Source: Octopus sinensis (taxonomy: Eukaryota). Taken from it: a stretch of DNA of 64,000 nucleotides. Position numbers and translations under genes: made by a program. The stretch lies in the NCBI RefSeq assembly GCF_006345805.1, contig NC_043005.1, positions 25,048,001-25,112,000 on the forward strand. Reading direction: 5' to 3'. Positions 52,842-64,000 of this stretch are shown here, in pieces. The notes under the pieces were generated by a model, which saw only the letters and a list, made by a program, of their open reading frames with translations, was not told the origin of the DNA and made no database searches. Within the stretch, counting starts at the first letter, position 1. Every line of letters begins with the position of its first letter.

Positions 52842-55800
52842 AGGGAGAGTACTGTAGCCCTACATATGTTATACCTGAGAGAAAAACAGGGTGATAACGC
52901 CTGAAATACTCTTCTTTCTCTTCCATTTTTATGGTAACTAAAATATTTAAGTGAAATATCTTACACCATGAACTAATATGGTGTCGGATGAGCAGATTCA
53001 TTTTTGTTACAAAGACGCTCACTTCCAGCTTCCCATGATATTGCTTGCAACTCTCGCATTTAAAACCCTTAAGAAAATATTTTAAAAGATAGAAAACATT
53101 ATGCTTTTATATATTTAGCACCAGAATTGGCTAAAGCATCAGAGAGCCAGAGAAAACGTCTTGCAGTATTTACTCCGGCTCTTTATTTTTCTGAGTTCAG
53201 ATCTCGGCGATATTCAAATTTGCTTTTCATTCCCCTGAAGTTGATGACAATAAAGTATCATTGACGTTCTGGTGTGGATGTTTTCGACCGGCCTCTTTCC
53301 CGAAATATCAGACCTTCCGCTTATCCTAAAATATAATTATTCTCTAACAATCAACTGAGATGGAGTAGCAAAATCGTTAAAGCCTGGGGAGAAAATGTTT
53401 GCTATATTTGTTCGGGGTCTTTGAATTCAGAATTGAAATTCTGCTGTGGCCAATTTCGCCTTTCATCCTTTCCATGTCGATAAAACAAAGCAGCAGTTAA
53501 GTTCTTGGGTCGATTCTATCGAGTAACTCCTACCTCTTAAAACTGTTGACCCGTACCTAAATTAAAAATTATTATTTAGTACCAAAACGGTCATTTTATT
53601 TCTATTCCCTTGAGCAAAAACATTCCATCTATGATCGTTTTGCTTTTCTTCAGACATAACAAACATTATCCAATATGTTTGCCTATCCGTTTCTTTTTAA
53701 AGCTACCTGCGATTGAATTAGCAACGGTCTGGCAGCTGTTGCAAAATGCCCTTTTGTTGGCTTCAGAACCCATTTTGTAGTTTTCCTTGATCTCGCTCAA
53801 AAATTTACTAAAACCTCTTCTCGCAATTCATTTCGGCAGATTTCTATGAAAGCTTTCATTTGCAGACCACAAACAACTTCTACAGTTTGTTACCAACCAC
53901 CATTCATTGTTTCTGGTTTTTGAAACCAAACATTTCATAAATTATTGAGTATTTTGACAAACAGACTAATAAAACGGTGAATAAGTCACGTATTGATTTC
54001 ACATATTCCTACCAAACCGAAAAAGTTATTATTAGCCTCACTGGTTACTTTAATGGTAATCGATTGGTCAAGTGTAAGATTCTATAGTCAAATAAAAGCC
54101 CCCTAATCGAAAAATACTCGTATAAATCAATGACTATTATAGCTAAAGTAATTATCTTGATAGAGTTGGTCTCAGTGTGTTTGCAAAAAAACAAATGGAT
54201 TGAGGTCAACAGCGCTTTAGTTGCTTGGTTATTATTTCGCTTGAGCCATTTTCAATAATATCCTTGTTCTGATGGAGGTGTGTTTTTGGAAATCTGAGTC
54301 AAATTTCAAAGAGGTAGATGTGTAATCGATAATGTAGAAGTGACGGTTAAAAGATTAGACATTAAGAAAAGCGAAGGCAAGTGGAAAAACTGACGCTGTT
54401 TTCTGAGAGAAAGAATCGGTGGTATTAGTAGCATGAGATTAAGCTTGTCCAAATCCTGTCAGTTTTGGTTAACATGGATAGTTTTGGTTAACATGACAGT
54501 GGCAATGGAAGATTATTTCTTCTTGCGAATGGAAATAGCAAGAGGACGATTCATAATGGAAAATAATGATAATTTAGCATAAAGAAACAAATATATTACT
54601 GACTGATATTAGATAATGTAGATGATATTGGCGACGAATGATGGTGGTGATGGTGATGGTGGTGACGACTGGAATTGTGGTGTTGATGGCGATGGTAGAG
54701 ATGCTGGTGGACATAGTGGGTGGTGGTAATAGCAGTGTTGGTGATGGTGGTGGGGCCAATGTGGAAGGCGAATTTTTAGAGTCCTTAGGGTGGAATGTTT
54801 CGCGTTAATTATTACAACGCTCTGCAGGTTGAGATCAAACTCTGTCGAGACCAACTTCGCAGAAAAAGTACCAAATCAGGTCTTTGAATTAATGGAACTG
54901 TAACAACTCCGTACTTTATGCGTGGCGGTACTTGTATTCTGAGTTCAAATCTCGCGAAGGCCTACTTTCATGGTAGATTTAATTCCCTGAATGGGGTTTA
55001 ATGCCACCACCACGGGGCATACTGAATACCTTTATCGGAGTTCACTGTGTTGTAAGTATTCAGGTTTGGTTTTTCGTTTGAGGATGTATTCCTTCTTGCA
55101 ACTTATATTGGAAGCTCTGTAAAGTGTCATGTCTGCTGATTTCTTTCTCGAATAAAAGAAAAAAAAACACACGTGTGGCAGATAAAGTAAATCTTGTTTA
55201 ATAGGACAGGTGCCTTCTTAGTATCCACTTAGAATAGGAAAGTGAACTATACTAATAACAATTATGAATTGCTAACAAGGACACAATATTTCGTTTAGTA
55301 GCCACAATATACCATCAAGTATTTTTATGAATCAATATTGTGCTTCACTTTGTGTTAGCAGTGCCTTATTTTCTATTTTTTAAGTCTATCTCTACTGATT
55401 TTCTATTGCATTCAGAGCCAACATCGAAAGTTACGACGCTTCTTATACGAATACGTATGTGTAAACAATCCGATCGAAGGTAGAAAAAATAGTTAATAGG
55501 TGTGTATGCATACTTCAAGAGTTGTTGCTCTTTCTAACATAGGCAGAAGGACATTTTTTAAATGAAGAGATTAGTCGATTAAATGACTTCCCAGTATTTG
55601 ACACAAGAAGGATGGAATGTAAAGTTAGTCTCGGCAGTATTTGTAATACGACCTTCCCTGATGACACTACAGCATTACCCGACTGGTAGAGGACTATAAG
55701 CACATGATGGCATTTTAGATCCCAAGCATTAGAACTCGGCCTTTGTTTGATCCAGAATGGTATGTAGGTTTATATTTGTGAATGTGTGTGCGAGTGAGTG

Positions 55801-56371
55801 CATGTGTGTGTGTGTGTGTACGCGCGCCCGTGTGTGTATGTATGTGTCATCGTACGTGTGTGTATAGTTAGACAATTAGACTAATCTAGGAACACATCCG
55901 GAATTTAAAACTATTTATTAACAAGTCGACTCAATCCGAGGCACATAGCATAGATTTTTTTCCACACGTAAATTCCAGAAACTTTACTTGAAGTGGAGCT
56001 TCTCAGATGTCGATGATCAGACTATGACCCACAGTAAATTTTTAAACCATCATAGCACACTAGTTATGCTTATTTATACTACAAGAGTACTGATGTCATT
56101 ATAAAGCTAAAAGTATATTTACAGTTGATACGCAATCTCTGAAAATTTGCTAATGCATCAGTTTATAAAGCTTTCCCCTAAATAGCAGATAGTATTGTTA
56201 ACGAAAAACGCGTAACATGACGTACCTAAATAATTTATGAACAAATTCTCGAAATCTTTTGTCTATATGTAATTTTTGATCTTTTTAATCATGAAGATGG
56301 TAAAAGAAACTTGAGCTATAACATGGGTTCTCTTCGTAGTTTTCTTTTTCAATATATAAGGTTTAATTAAG

Positions 56372-56770
56372 GCATCGTGCTGGCAGTAACGTTAGCACGC
56401 CGGGCGAAATGCTTAGCAGTATTTCGTCTGTCTTTACGTTCTGAGTTCAAGTTCTGCCGAGGTCGACTTTACCTTTCATCCTTTCGGGGTCAATTAAATA
56501 AGTACCAGTTATGTAATCGACTGAAACCCTTTGTCTGTCCTTGTTTGTCCATTCTTTGTTTAGCCCTTTGTGGGAAATAAAGAAATAAATATATAAGGTT
56601 TCATTATTTCGTCTGTCTTTACGTTCTGAGTTCAAATTCCGCCGAGGTCGACTTTACTATTCATCCTTTCGGGGTCGATAAGTTAAGTACCAGTTGCGTA
56701 CTTGGGTCGATCTAATCGACTGCCCCCCCCCACCAAAGTTTCGGGCCTTGAGCCTAGAGTAGAAAAGAAT
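56372..56770 (+). mobile_element. Tandem Nin/Deu-type SINE copies (older copies near 53120-53575 and 54750-54960)
   Basis: GAGTTCAA..GCCGAGGTCGACTTT..CATCCTTTCGGGGTC..AAGTACCAG occurs twice. Confidence 0.7.
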
Positions 56771-56854
56771 ACAAAGTTTCACACAATGTCCTGTATACTC
56801 GTTATATGTCATGCAATGGAAATTCAAATCCCACAACTACATATATACGTGAAA

Positions 56855-57112
56855 GCACATGACCTAGTAGTTAAGGCAGCGGACTCGTGGTGGAGAGATC
56901 GCGGGTTCGAATCTCAGACCGGGTGATGTGTGTGTTCATTAGCGAAAAGTTATGGCGAACTTCTGCTAACTTTTTCGCCATATCTTTCTCTTATTCTTTC
57001 CACACATGTGACGGACCAGCGTCCTGTCCAGGTGGGTAACCTATGCGCCAATGAAACGAGGAAACCGGCCCTTATAAGCGAGGCATGGCTGGAGAAGGAG
57101 CAAACAACAACA
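56855..57112 (+). mobile_element. tRNA-derived SINE with a V-domain-like segment
   Basis: Head TAGTAGTTAAGGCAGCGGAC..GGGTTCGAATCTC; GACGGACCAGCGTCCTGTCCAGG; (AAC)n end. Confidence 0.65.
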
Positions 57113-57156
57113 CACATATATACATATTTCAATGCATAAGTGCATACATACACACA

Positions 57157-57209
<53 letters not shown>

Positions 57210-57930
57210 TAACGAATGTTTTTATGTCAAGTTATATATAAAAGCAATTTAATGTTAAATTAAAGAATTAATACTTTTTAGAGCATAGGTTTATTGAACC
57301 TTGAAGCCATTGTCACACCTCTTGTAAAATTTGAGTGAGCATGCACACACACGCGCACGCAAGCACACATACACATAAATGCATGCGTACATATAGCTTG
57401 TTGAGAGCGCATAGCATTATCAAGGTATTGAAATAAAATAGTAATTTTTTACAAAAAAGTATGGTAGATCGAACGGAAGAGATGGAGAGTGATACAGATG
57501 CACACACACACACACACACGCACACACACAAACACACACACATTTATGTATGTAAGTATACATATGCGTGTGTGTGGGTGTCTATGTATATACACTCATA
57601 TATAGATGGTAGTTATTTCTACTTGTGTGTTTGTGTGTGCGTGTGTGTGTCTGAGGAAGTGTGTATGTGTATGGAGAGTCAGAGGGGCAATTAAACGCAT
57701 TTTAATGATAGAAAATTCAGAACGGATATGCCGTATACAACATGAAAATCTGAAATCAGAGATGCGATACGAAACAGTTCAAAATCAAATTAATGTCACA
57801 AATTGTCTCCAATCCCGATGAAATAAACAACTTAATTGCGGCACCATACATTAAAATTGGTAAAGCATCAAACTGAAATGCATCATCGATTGGAAAAGCT
57901 CAAATGTGTTCCTCATATATATATATATAC

Positions 57931-58016
<86 letters not shown>

Positions 58017-58037
58017 TATATAATATATATATATATG

Positions 58038-58083
<46 letters not shown>

Positions 58084-58413
58084 TATACACATATATATAT
58101 ATACATATATATGTGTATATATATAAACATATATGAATATATGTATATATATATATCTATAAAAATATATAGATATAGACATTTATACATACATATATTT
58201 ATATATATATGTATAAATGTCTACATCTATATCTATCTATCTATATATATGTGTGTGTGTATGTGTCTGTATGCGTACATATATCCATGAATATAGATAT
58301 ATATAAAAAATGCATATGTATGTATCTCTCTCTCTTTATATATATACACACACACATATATATATACACCTCTATATATATTTATATATATATATATATA
58401 TACACATACACAG

Positions 58414-58456
<43 letters not shown>

Positions 58457-58635
58457 AAGAAAGAGAGAAATAGTTTCAATCATCGAAACTAACACCATAC
58501 TCTCGCCTATTGAATTTGAACTAATGAAGGCGGCCAGCGTATGCGTGTATATACGCACATACATATGTACATACATGTATACACATCTATATTTACATAT
58601 ATATATGTATATATATATATATATATATATTATAT

Positions 58636-58666
<31 letters not shown>

Positions 58667-59299
58667 TATATATGTATGTGTGTGTGTGTGTGTGTCTGTG
58701 TGTAGTATAAATAATCATGGGTAAAGCCAAAGCAAGCGAAGTCAATGCAAGAAAATAAATATGTGAATTAATGTAGACTTACCTTGTATTCAATATTTCG
58801 GGGTTATGAGCCCATTTTCAAGAAATTGACGAATATTTTAGCTTCACCCACTATCCTTTATACAATATATTCTACACAACGCTTCATAGTAATTTTTCCA
58901 ATGGTACGTATAATAGATCCCGGCGGGTACTGTTGTTCAAGCCCTCTAATATAATCCAAGTTCTGGTCAACTTCACTGAATTGTATGGAATAACTTGGGA
59001 TTATTGAAGGTAAACAATCAAGCGATATTTCACCGGATAAGTAAACCCCTGACGCTTTATTCGTTTATAAGTAGTTTACTGAGTGTATATACAAGATATC
59101 ACAATAAATAAAAACAGCTACACAGTTTTTATAATTACTGTCTTTTATTCGGAATATTCTCTTTAAAACTCTGTCCGCATATATTTCTGCTACATGGATA
59201 TCTTACTATGTGGTGTTCATTTGATTTTGTCGGTTCTGAAGCATCCTAGTTAAAAACGAATCCATGCATCTTTATTCAAGCTGTTGCCACTTGTAGAGT

Positions 59300-60780
59300 T
59301 TCTAAAAGTGTATGTTTTTACTATTGGAAAGCTGTATTTCAAGTGTTCACATGAAGAGAACATTTTTTCTCATTGTGAGAAATATAGTTTGGTGACGTAT
59401 CCTGCCATCAAAGGTCGTTCGCTGTTTGTAAATAGTGTGTATTTTACACCTTCGTTGGAAAGCTGTATTTCAAGTGGAGCACTCCCGGTTCTAATTGGAG
59501 TACCATAGGGCTCGGAGTACCTGAGTGCCCAGAAGATCTTTTTGCTGTGTTTTTTTAACTGCTGTTTTCTTCTATTGTGAGTTATTTTATTGAACTGACT
59601 GTTTTTTTCTTCTTCCCTTTTGTTTCCTTTTGAATTCTCTCTTTCCTTTTTGTGAAATATTGTTTTGGACTTTTTTATTTTTTAATTTAAAACATGGCAA
59701 AAAAATACGGATAAGATGGTAAAATGTGAGGTTGCCCTACCTAAGGAGTGGCTTGGACAGCAAGAAGAGAGGACGGTGGTGTTGAGAGTAAAGGGTAAAG
59801 AAATTTTTGAGGGTAAAGAAATTTTGTTTCTTCCCACTTATTGTGGGAAAAATTGACGAGGGCTTGGGTCTGTGGATTTCCACCCGGAATTGAAACCCAG
59901 TGGATAGAGGATACTATCCGTCGGGGTCTGGGTGACAGCGGAGCCAGTCTCCTCAATGTAAAAATTCTCCCTGTGGCTGATTGGGTTGGGTCAAAAGCTA
60001 TTTTGACCCTGTGGACCCTATCAGCCATGAATCTGGTTATGCCAGATTTTTTGAAAATGGCCGGGTGCAGGTACCTGGTGATTCTTGAGGGTCGCCCCGC
60101 CCAGGTGTTATCGGTGTCTGAAGCCTGGCCATATAAAGAAAAACTGTCCTCAGGAACAAAGCAAATTCCTGGAGCAGTCAATTGAGACCTCTGTAAAAGA
60201 GGGAAGGAAGGCGGCTGAGGTGACGGAGGACTCCTCAGGGAAGGGCCGCAAGAGGAAGAAGGTGAGCAACAATGGGTGCTCATAGAAGGATCCTGGGGAT
60301 GAGGGAGGGGAGGTGAATCTCCCGGTCACGGAGAAGACGCACCCTCCCTCAGTTGAGATGAAAAAAAGAGGAAGAGGAAGAGAAACAGGACATTGCCGGC
60401 AGTCGGTGATATAGCATCGGAATGTTCCGAAACCTTGCCGGTAGGGGTTGTGCCACCGGCAGAGGAAGAGACACCGTTTGGGTGAAATTGTGCTGCCAAC
60501 GGTAGAATTGACTACCTCGAATCCGAAGGAAGAGGAACTATTGGTCTTCTACAGAGGCGGCGACTTAGAAGGGGTGGTGTAAAGGCACCATAAGGGAGTA
60601 CCTTTAACCTTCACACAGGATCCCGAATGGCCTCCGCAGATAGCTGTGGAGGTCATAACGGTGGCTGTGGGGTGTAGGCTGCAGGGACTCCGACGAGGAA
60701 TATTGCTTGGTCTTGAATAAGGCGTGGAGGATGGTGGAATATACGGGCACAAGTGATGTCGGGGAGAAATAATGTGAAGA
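59300..60780 (+). mobile_element. 5' end of a non-LTR retrotransposon (L1/Tx1-like): 5' UTR and frameshifted ORF1 with a CCHC zinc knuckle
   Basis: ATG at 59694; GRPPRCYRCLKPGHIKKNCP (CX2CX4HX4C at 60106-60147) followed by a K/E/R-rich tail; no ORF2 follows. Confidence 0.7.
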
Positions 60781-60783
60781 GCC

Positions 60784-61112
60784 TTGGGCAAGTGTTTTCT
60801 ACTTTAGCCTGGGGCCGACCAAAGCCTTGCCAGTGGAATTGGTAGACGGAAACAGAAAGAGGCCCGTCGTATATATATATTTATATATGCATGCGTGTGT
60901 ATATGTTTATGTGTCTGTGGTTGTCCCCAAACATCGCTTGACAACCGATGCTGGTATGTTTACGTCCCCGTAACCTAGCGGTTCACTAGAAGTAACCGAT
61001 AGAATAAGTACTAGGCTCACAAAGAGTAAGTCTTGGGGTCGATTTGCACGACTAAAGGCAGTGCTCCAGCATGGTCACAATCAAGTGACTGAAACAAGTA
61101 AAAGAGTAAAAG
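60784..61112 (+). mobile_element. 5'-truncated microsatellite-containing SINE
   Basis: Core CCTTGGGCAAGTG through the shared tail. Confidence 0.8.
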
Positions 61113-61296
61113 AATATATATATGTATATGCATAAATACATATATACATGCATACACATAAGTAAAAATATATGCACATATAAATACATACATATTCACA
61201 CATACAATATAAATACGCACATACACATTGCATACGGATACATATACATGTATATATATATGTGTGTGTGTGTTATTGTGTATGTATGTATAGATA

Positions 61297-61680
61297 TCTC
61301 TCTCTATATAAACGGCAGTTTGTCTGTGCGTGTTTCTGTGTGTCTGTTTGCTTGTACCCTCACCCTGACCACGGCTTTCAACCGATTCTGATGAAACTTG
61401 ACACACACATAGCCCAATGTCATAATTCAAAACTAACGCAGCGAAAATTTTGAAAAGTTCCTCCAGTTCTGAAAAAAATCGATAAATTCGACATGGGGTC
61501 GAGAATCAGAAACACAAACCATAAACTGTCTAGGGGACGCAACTCCACCTTTTTTAAATCTCAAAAAAAATTTACCATCATTTTTTCCCATTTTTTTGCT
61601 ATTTTTTGGCTATAACTCTCTAAAAATGCTTTATAGTTATTTCCCTTACAAACCTGAGCAACGCCGGGCGATACTGCTAG
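61297..61680 (+). mobile_element. Complete non-autonomous Helitron (384 bp)
   Basis: A|TC at the 5' end, GC-rich CCTGAGCAACGCCGGG then CTAG|T at the 3' end; inserted at an A-T dinucleotide with no TSD. Confidence 0.7.
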
Positions 61681-61772
61681 TATATATATATATGTATGTA
61701 TGTATATATGCGTATATATATATATATATATATATGTACAGAGATAAACAAATACACAGACCCAGACATACA

Positions 61773-62995
61773 CAGACATGACAGAAGTAAACAGGCACCT
61801 CATGAAACATCTTTTTATGTATATTCTAACTTGTAAAGTTTTATATTTTTTACTAATAGACATTTTTATGTTTCAGGTTCTGTATGTGACTGTTTAATCA
61901 TGCCATGTACAAGAGAAGCCTTGGAACTGTCTGAATTTCAAAGAGGCCGTATTGTGTGTCATTCTAATGGTGGATACAGTCAACGTAAAATCGCAGAAAA
62001 ACTTTGGGATCACACTTTCTACAGTTAATAGAGTGATTGAGGAATTCACCAGTGAGGGGAAGGAGTCCACATTATCCCACCCAGATCAACCAGGGCCCTC
62101 TGACAGGACCCTTCTCTTTGCTAAGCTAAGTGTGGAGGATAATCTTCGTTGCGAGGACTCTGACATAGCAGAACAAGTTGATGTCAGTCCCAGAACTGCT
62201 GTCAGGTATCTCCACAAACTTGGTTACTACGGCAGAGCAGTAAGAAAGAAGTCACTTCTTCGATCAGCCAGCATCAATTGGAGAAAAGATTAGGTCAGTG
62301 AGATGGTGGAGAGGCCATTAGCATTTTGGGACACTGTCATATTCTCTGATGAGTCCAGATTTACTGTATTTCCTAACATTTGTCGAGTGTGGGTCTGGAG
62401 ACTCTGTGATCAAGAATTTGATGTGAAAAGATTGCAGCCAATAATGAAACACGGCAGCTATTCTGTGATGGTCTGGTGAGCAATGGTCGATCATGGTGGA
62501 GTGTGAGTGAAACAGAAACTCAGATAAATATGTGATCATAATGCAGAAAGGATTCCTTCCAATCTTCTCCAGTGATGAAATGATAAAAAAAGAGATTCTT
62601 TATTTATGGAAGATAGGGCTTCTTGTCACACAGCTAACATGACCCAAGATTTGTTGCATGAGAATGGCATTAAAATGCTTCCATAGCCATGTCAGTCACC
62701 AGATATGAACAGTATTGAACACCCCTGCGACATAATGGACAGGATACTGATATCTTCAAAGCCAGATATTTTGAGATTACAGCAAAAAACTTGGCAATAA
62801 ATTCCGCAAGAGAATATTCGTCATCAGATCAGTAATATGCCTAATAGGGTCCTTGCATTGAAAAATGCAAAGAGCATGTCTACTAGATATTAAATATTCA
62901 TATTATAACATTTGATAATGAATTTGAATATATAATTTCCGGTTTAAATAAATTTTAATGATTATAAGGGTGTCTATTTACTTCTGTTATGTCTG
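61773..62995 (+). mobile_element. Full-length inactive Tc1 (DD34E) transposon
   Basis: TIRs CAGACAT(G/A)ACAGAAGTAAA.AG.CACC at 61773-61799 and 62969-62995 (right end followed by TA); relic transposase [37 protein letters not shown]. Confidence 0.9.
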
Positions 62996-63375
62996 TATAT
63001 ATACATAGTAAATCCATGGAAGAAGGTTCCGAAATGGCCATAACTCATAGGATTATAAGTGATTAAATATATTCATCTCTCATACCTCCTGACATTTTAT
63101 AAATTATATATTCCCTATGAAGCAATTTCATTGATAGGTGACACTTAGCGCTACATTTCTCGGTACCGGGTTACTTTGCGATCTGATAGCCGAGTCCTTT
63201 AGATGAGCTTTCTGCGATAGCCAATGATTTTCCGAATCCATATCTTATACTACAAATGTATGTATATCATTATTCAGTTTTATTTCAAGATTTCTTGTCA
63301 ATAGAGAAAGAACCGGTTTCTAACCTAGATCCAAGGCTCCTTCATGCGTATGTATGTATATATATGTACATATAT

Positions 63376-63860
63376 GAATTAATAAATGGAGTTAAAAGCA
63401 GGCGTTATTAAAATCTTTATACTTCCGACATATGTTTCGAAGAAAACATTGGTATTATACCTGAGGGAATAAAATGATGTAAAAGAGTGTAACCATCTCG
63501 CCAGTGGAAAAAAAAGTTTTTTTAAAAGATAACTTGCCATCGCTCCCTTCATTATATACGCGGTAATCACATTCGGTTAAAATGGCTTATTGATGTGTTT
63601 TGTTTCACTTTTTTCCCCTGATGAGATGATTACATTGTTTTACATCATTTTATGCCCTCAGGAATAATATCAATGTTTTCTTCGAAACATATGTCGGAAG
63701 TATAAAGATTTGAATAACACCTGCGTTTAACTACATTCGTTAATTTATCTGTTAATCAAAAACATTTCACTAAACCCTGGAATTTCTACCTTTATAAGTA
63801 GGCTGTAGCATTCTTGGCACTTACGTGAAATTTTGTTACTCTGATAACTATTTATTTATT
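63376..63860 (+). mobile_element. Penelope-type terminal repeat (same family as 17090-17400) arranged as a fold-back with two hammerhead motifs
   Basis: Plus strand 63613-63700: CTGATGA-GATGA..TCTTC-GAAA-CATATG-TC-GGAAG; minus strand 63422-63512 has the same fold with core CTGGCGA; the downstream flank matches 17090-17250. Confidence 0.75.
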
Positions 63861-64000
63861 GTTGTAGACATTGAAAAATACACATACAGTTATGTACATA
63901 TATGTGTATATGCATATATATACATATGTACATATGTGTGTTCATGTATATATATATGTGCATATTTGTTATGCTTTTATATACATTTATGTATTGAAGT

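Noticed and set aside
55658-55720. CTGATGA motif
   Set aside because: No GAAA or paired stems nearby
58783-59000. Minus-strand exon ending at an AG|GTAAGT donor
   Set aside because: All three frames hit stop codons within about 15 codons upstream of the donor

Overview
A repeat-saturated, AT-rich, non-genic animal window. The tRNA-derived SINE families resemble those of Octopus, so the source is probably cephalopod. I could not support any host protein-coding exon, and almost all long ORFs in the track are microsatellite artefacts. Recognisable content: abundant (TA)n, (CA)n, (TATC)n, (ATGT)n and (TAA)n tracts; many tRNA-derived SINEs; decayed non-LTR retroelements (Tx1/L1-clade, RTE, Dong/R4-like, Penelope-like RT and GIY-YIG pieces); and decayed DNA transposons (mariner, maT, Tc1, hAT, Academ-like, non-autonomous Helitrons). 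The main hidden signal is a dense set of type I hammerhead ribozyme (HHR) motifs: about a dozen near-complete cores plus relics, from at least five unrelated repeat families. They sit in three ORF-less tandem arrays (units of about 357, 530 and 540 bp, one HHR per full unit, each array opened by a short inverted head and embedded in (TA)n) and in several fold-back elements. One family carries a U3/A8 covariant catalytic core. The architecture matches Penelope pseudo-LTR or non-LTR retrozyme biology (self-cleaving RNAs that may circularise). All folds were paired by eye; ribozyme activity and circRNA production are inferences that need testing.
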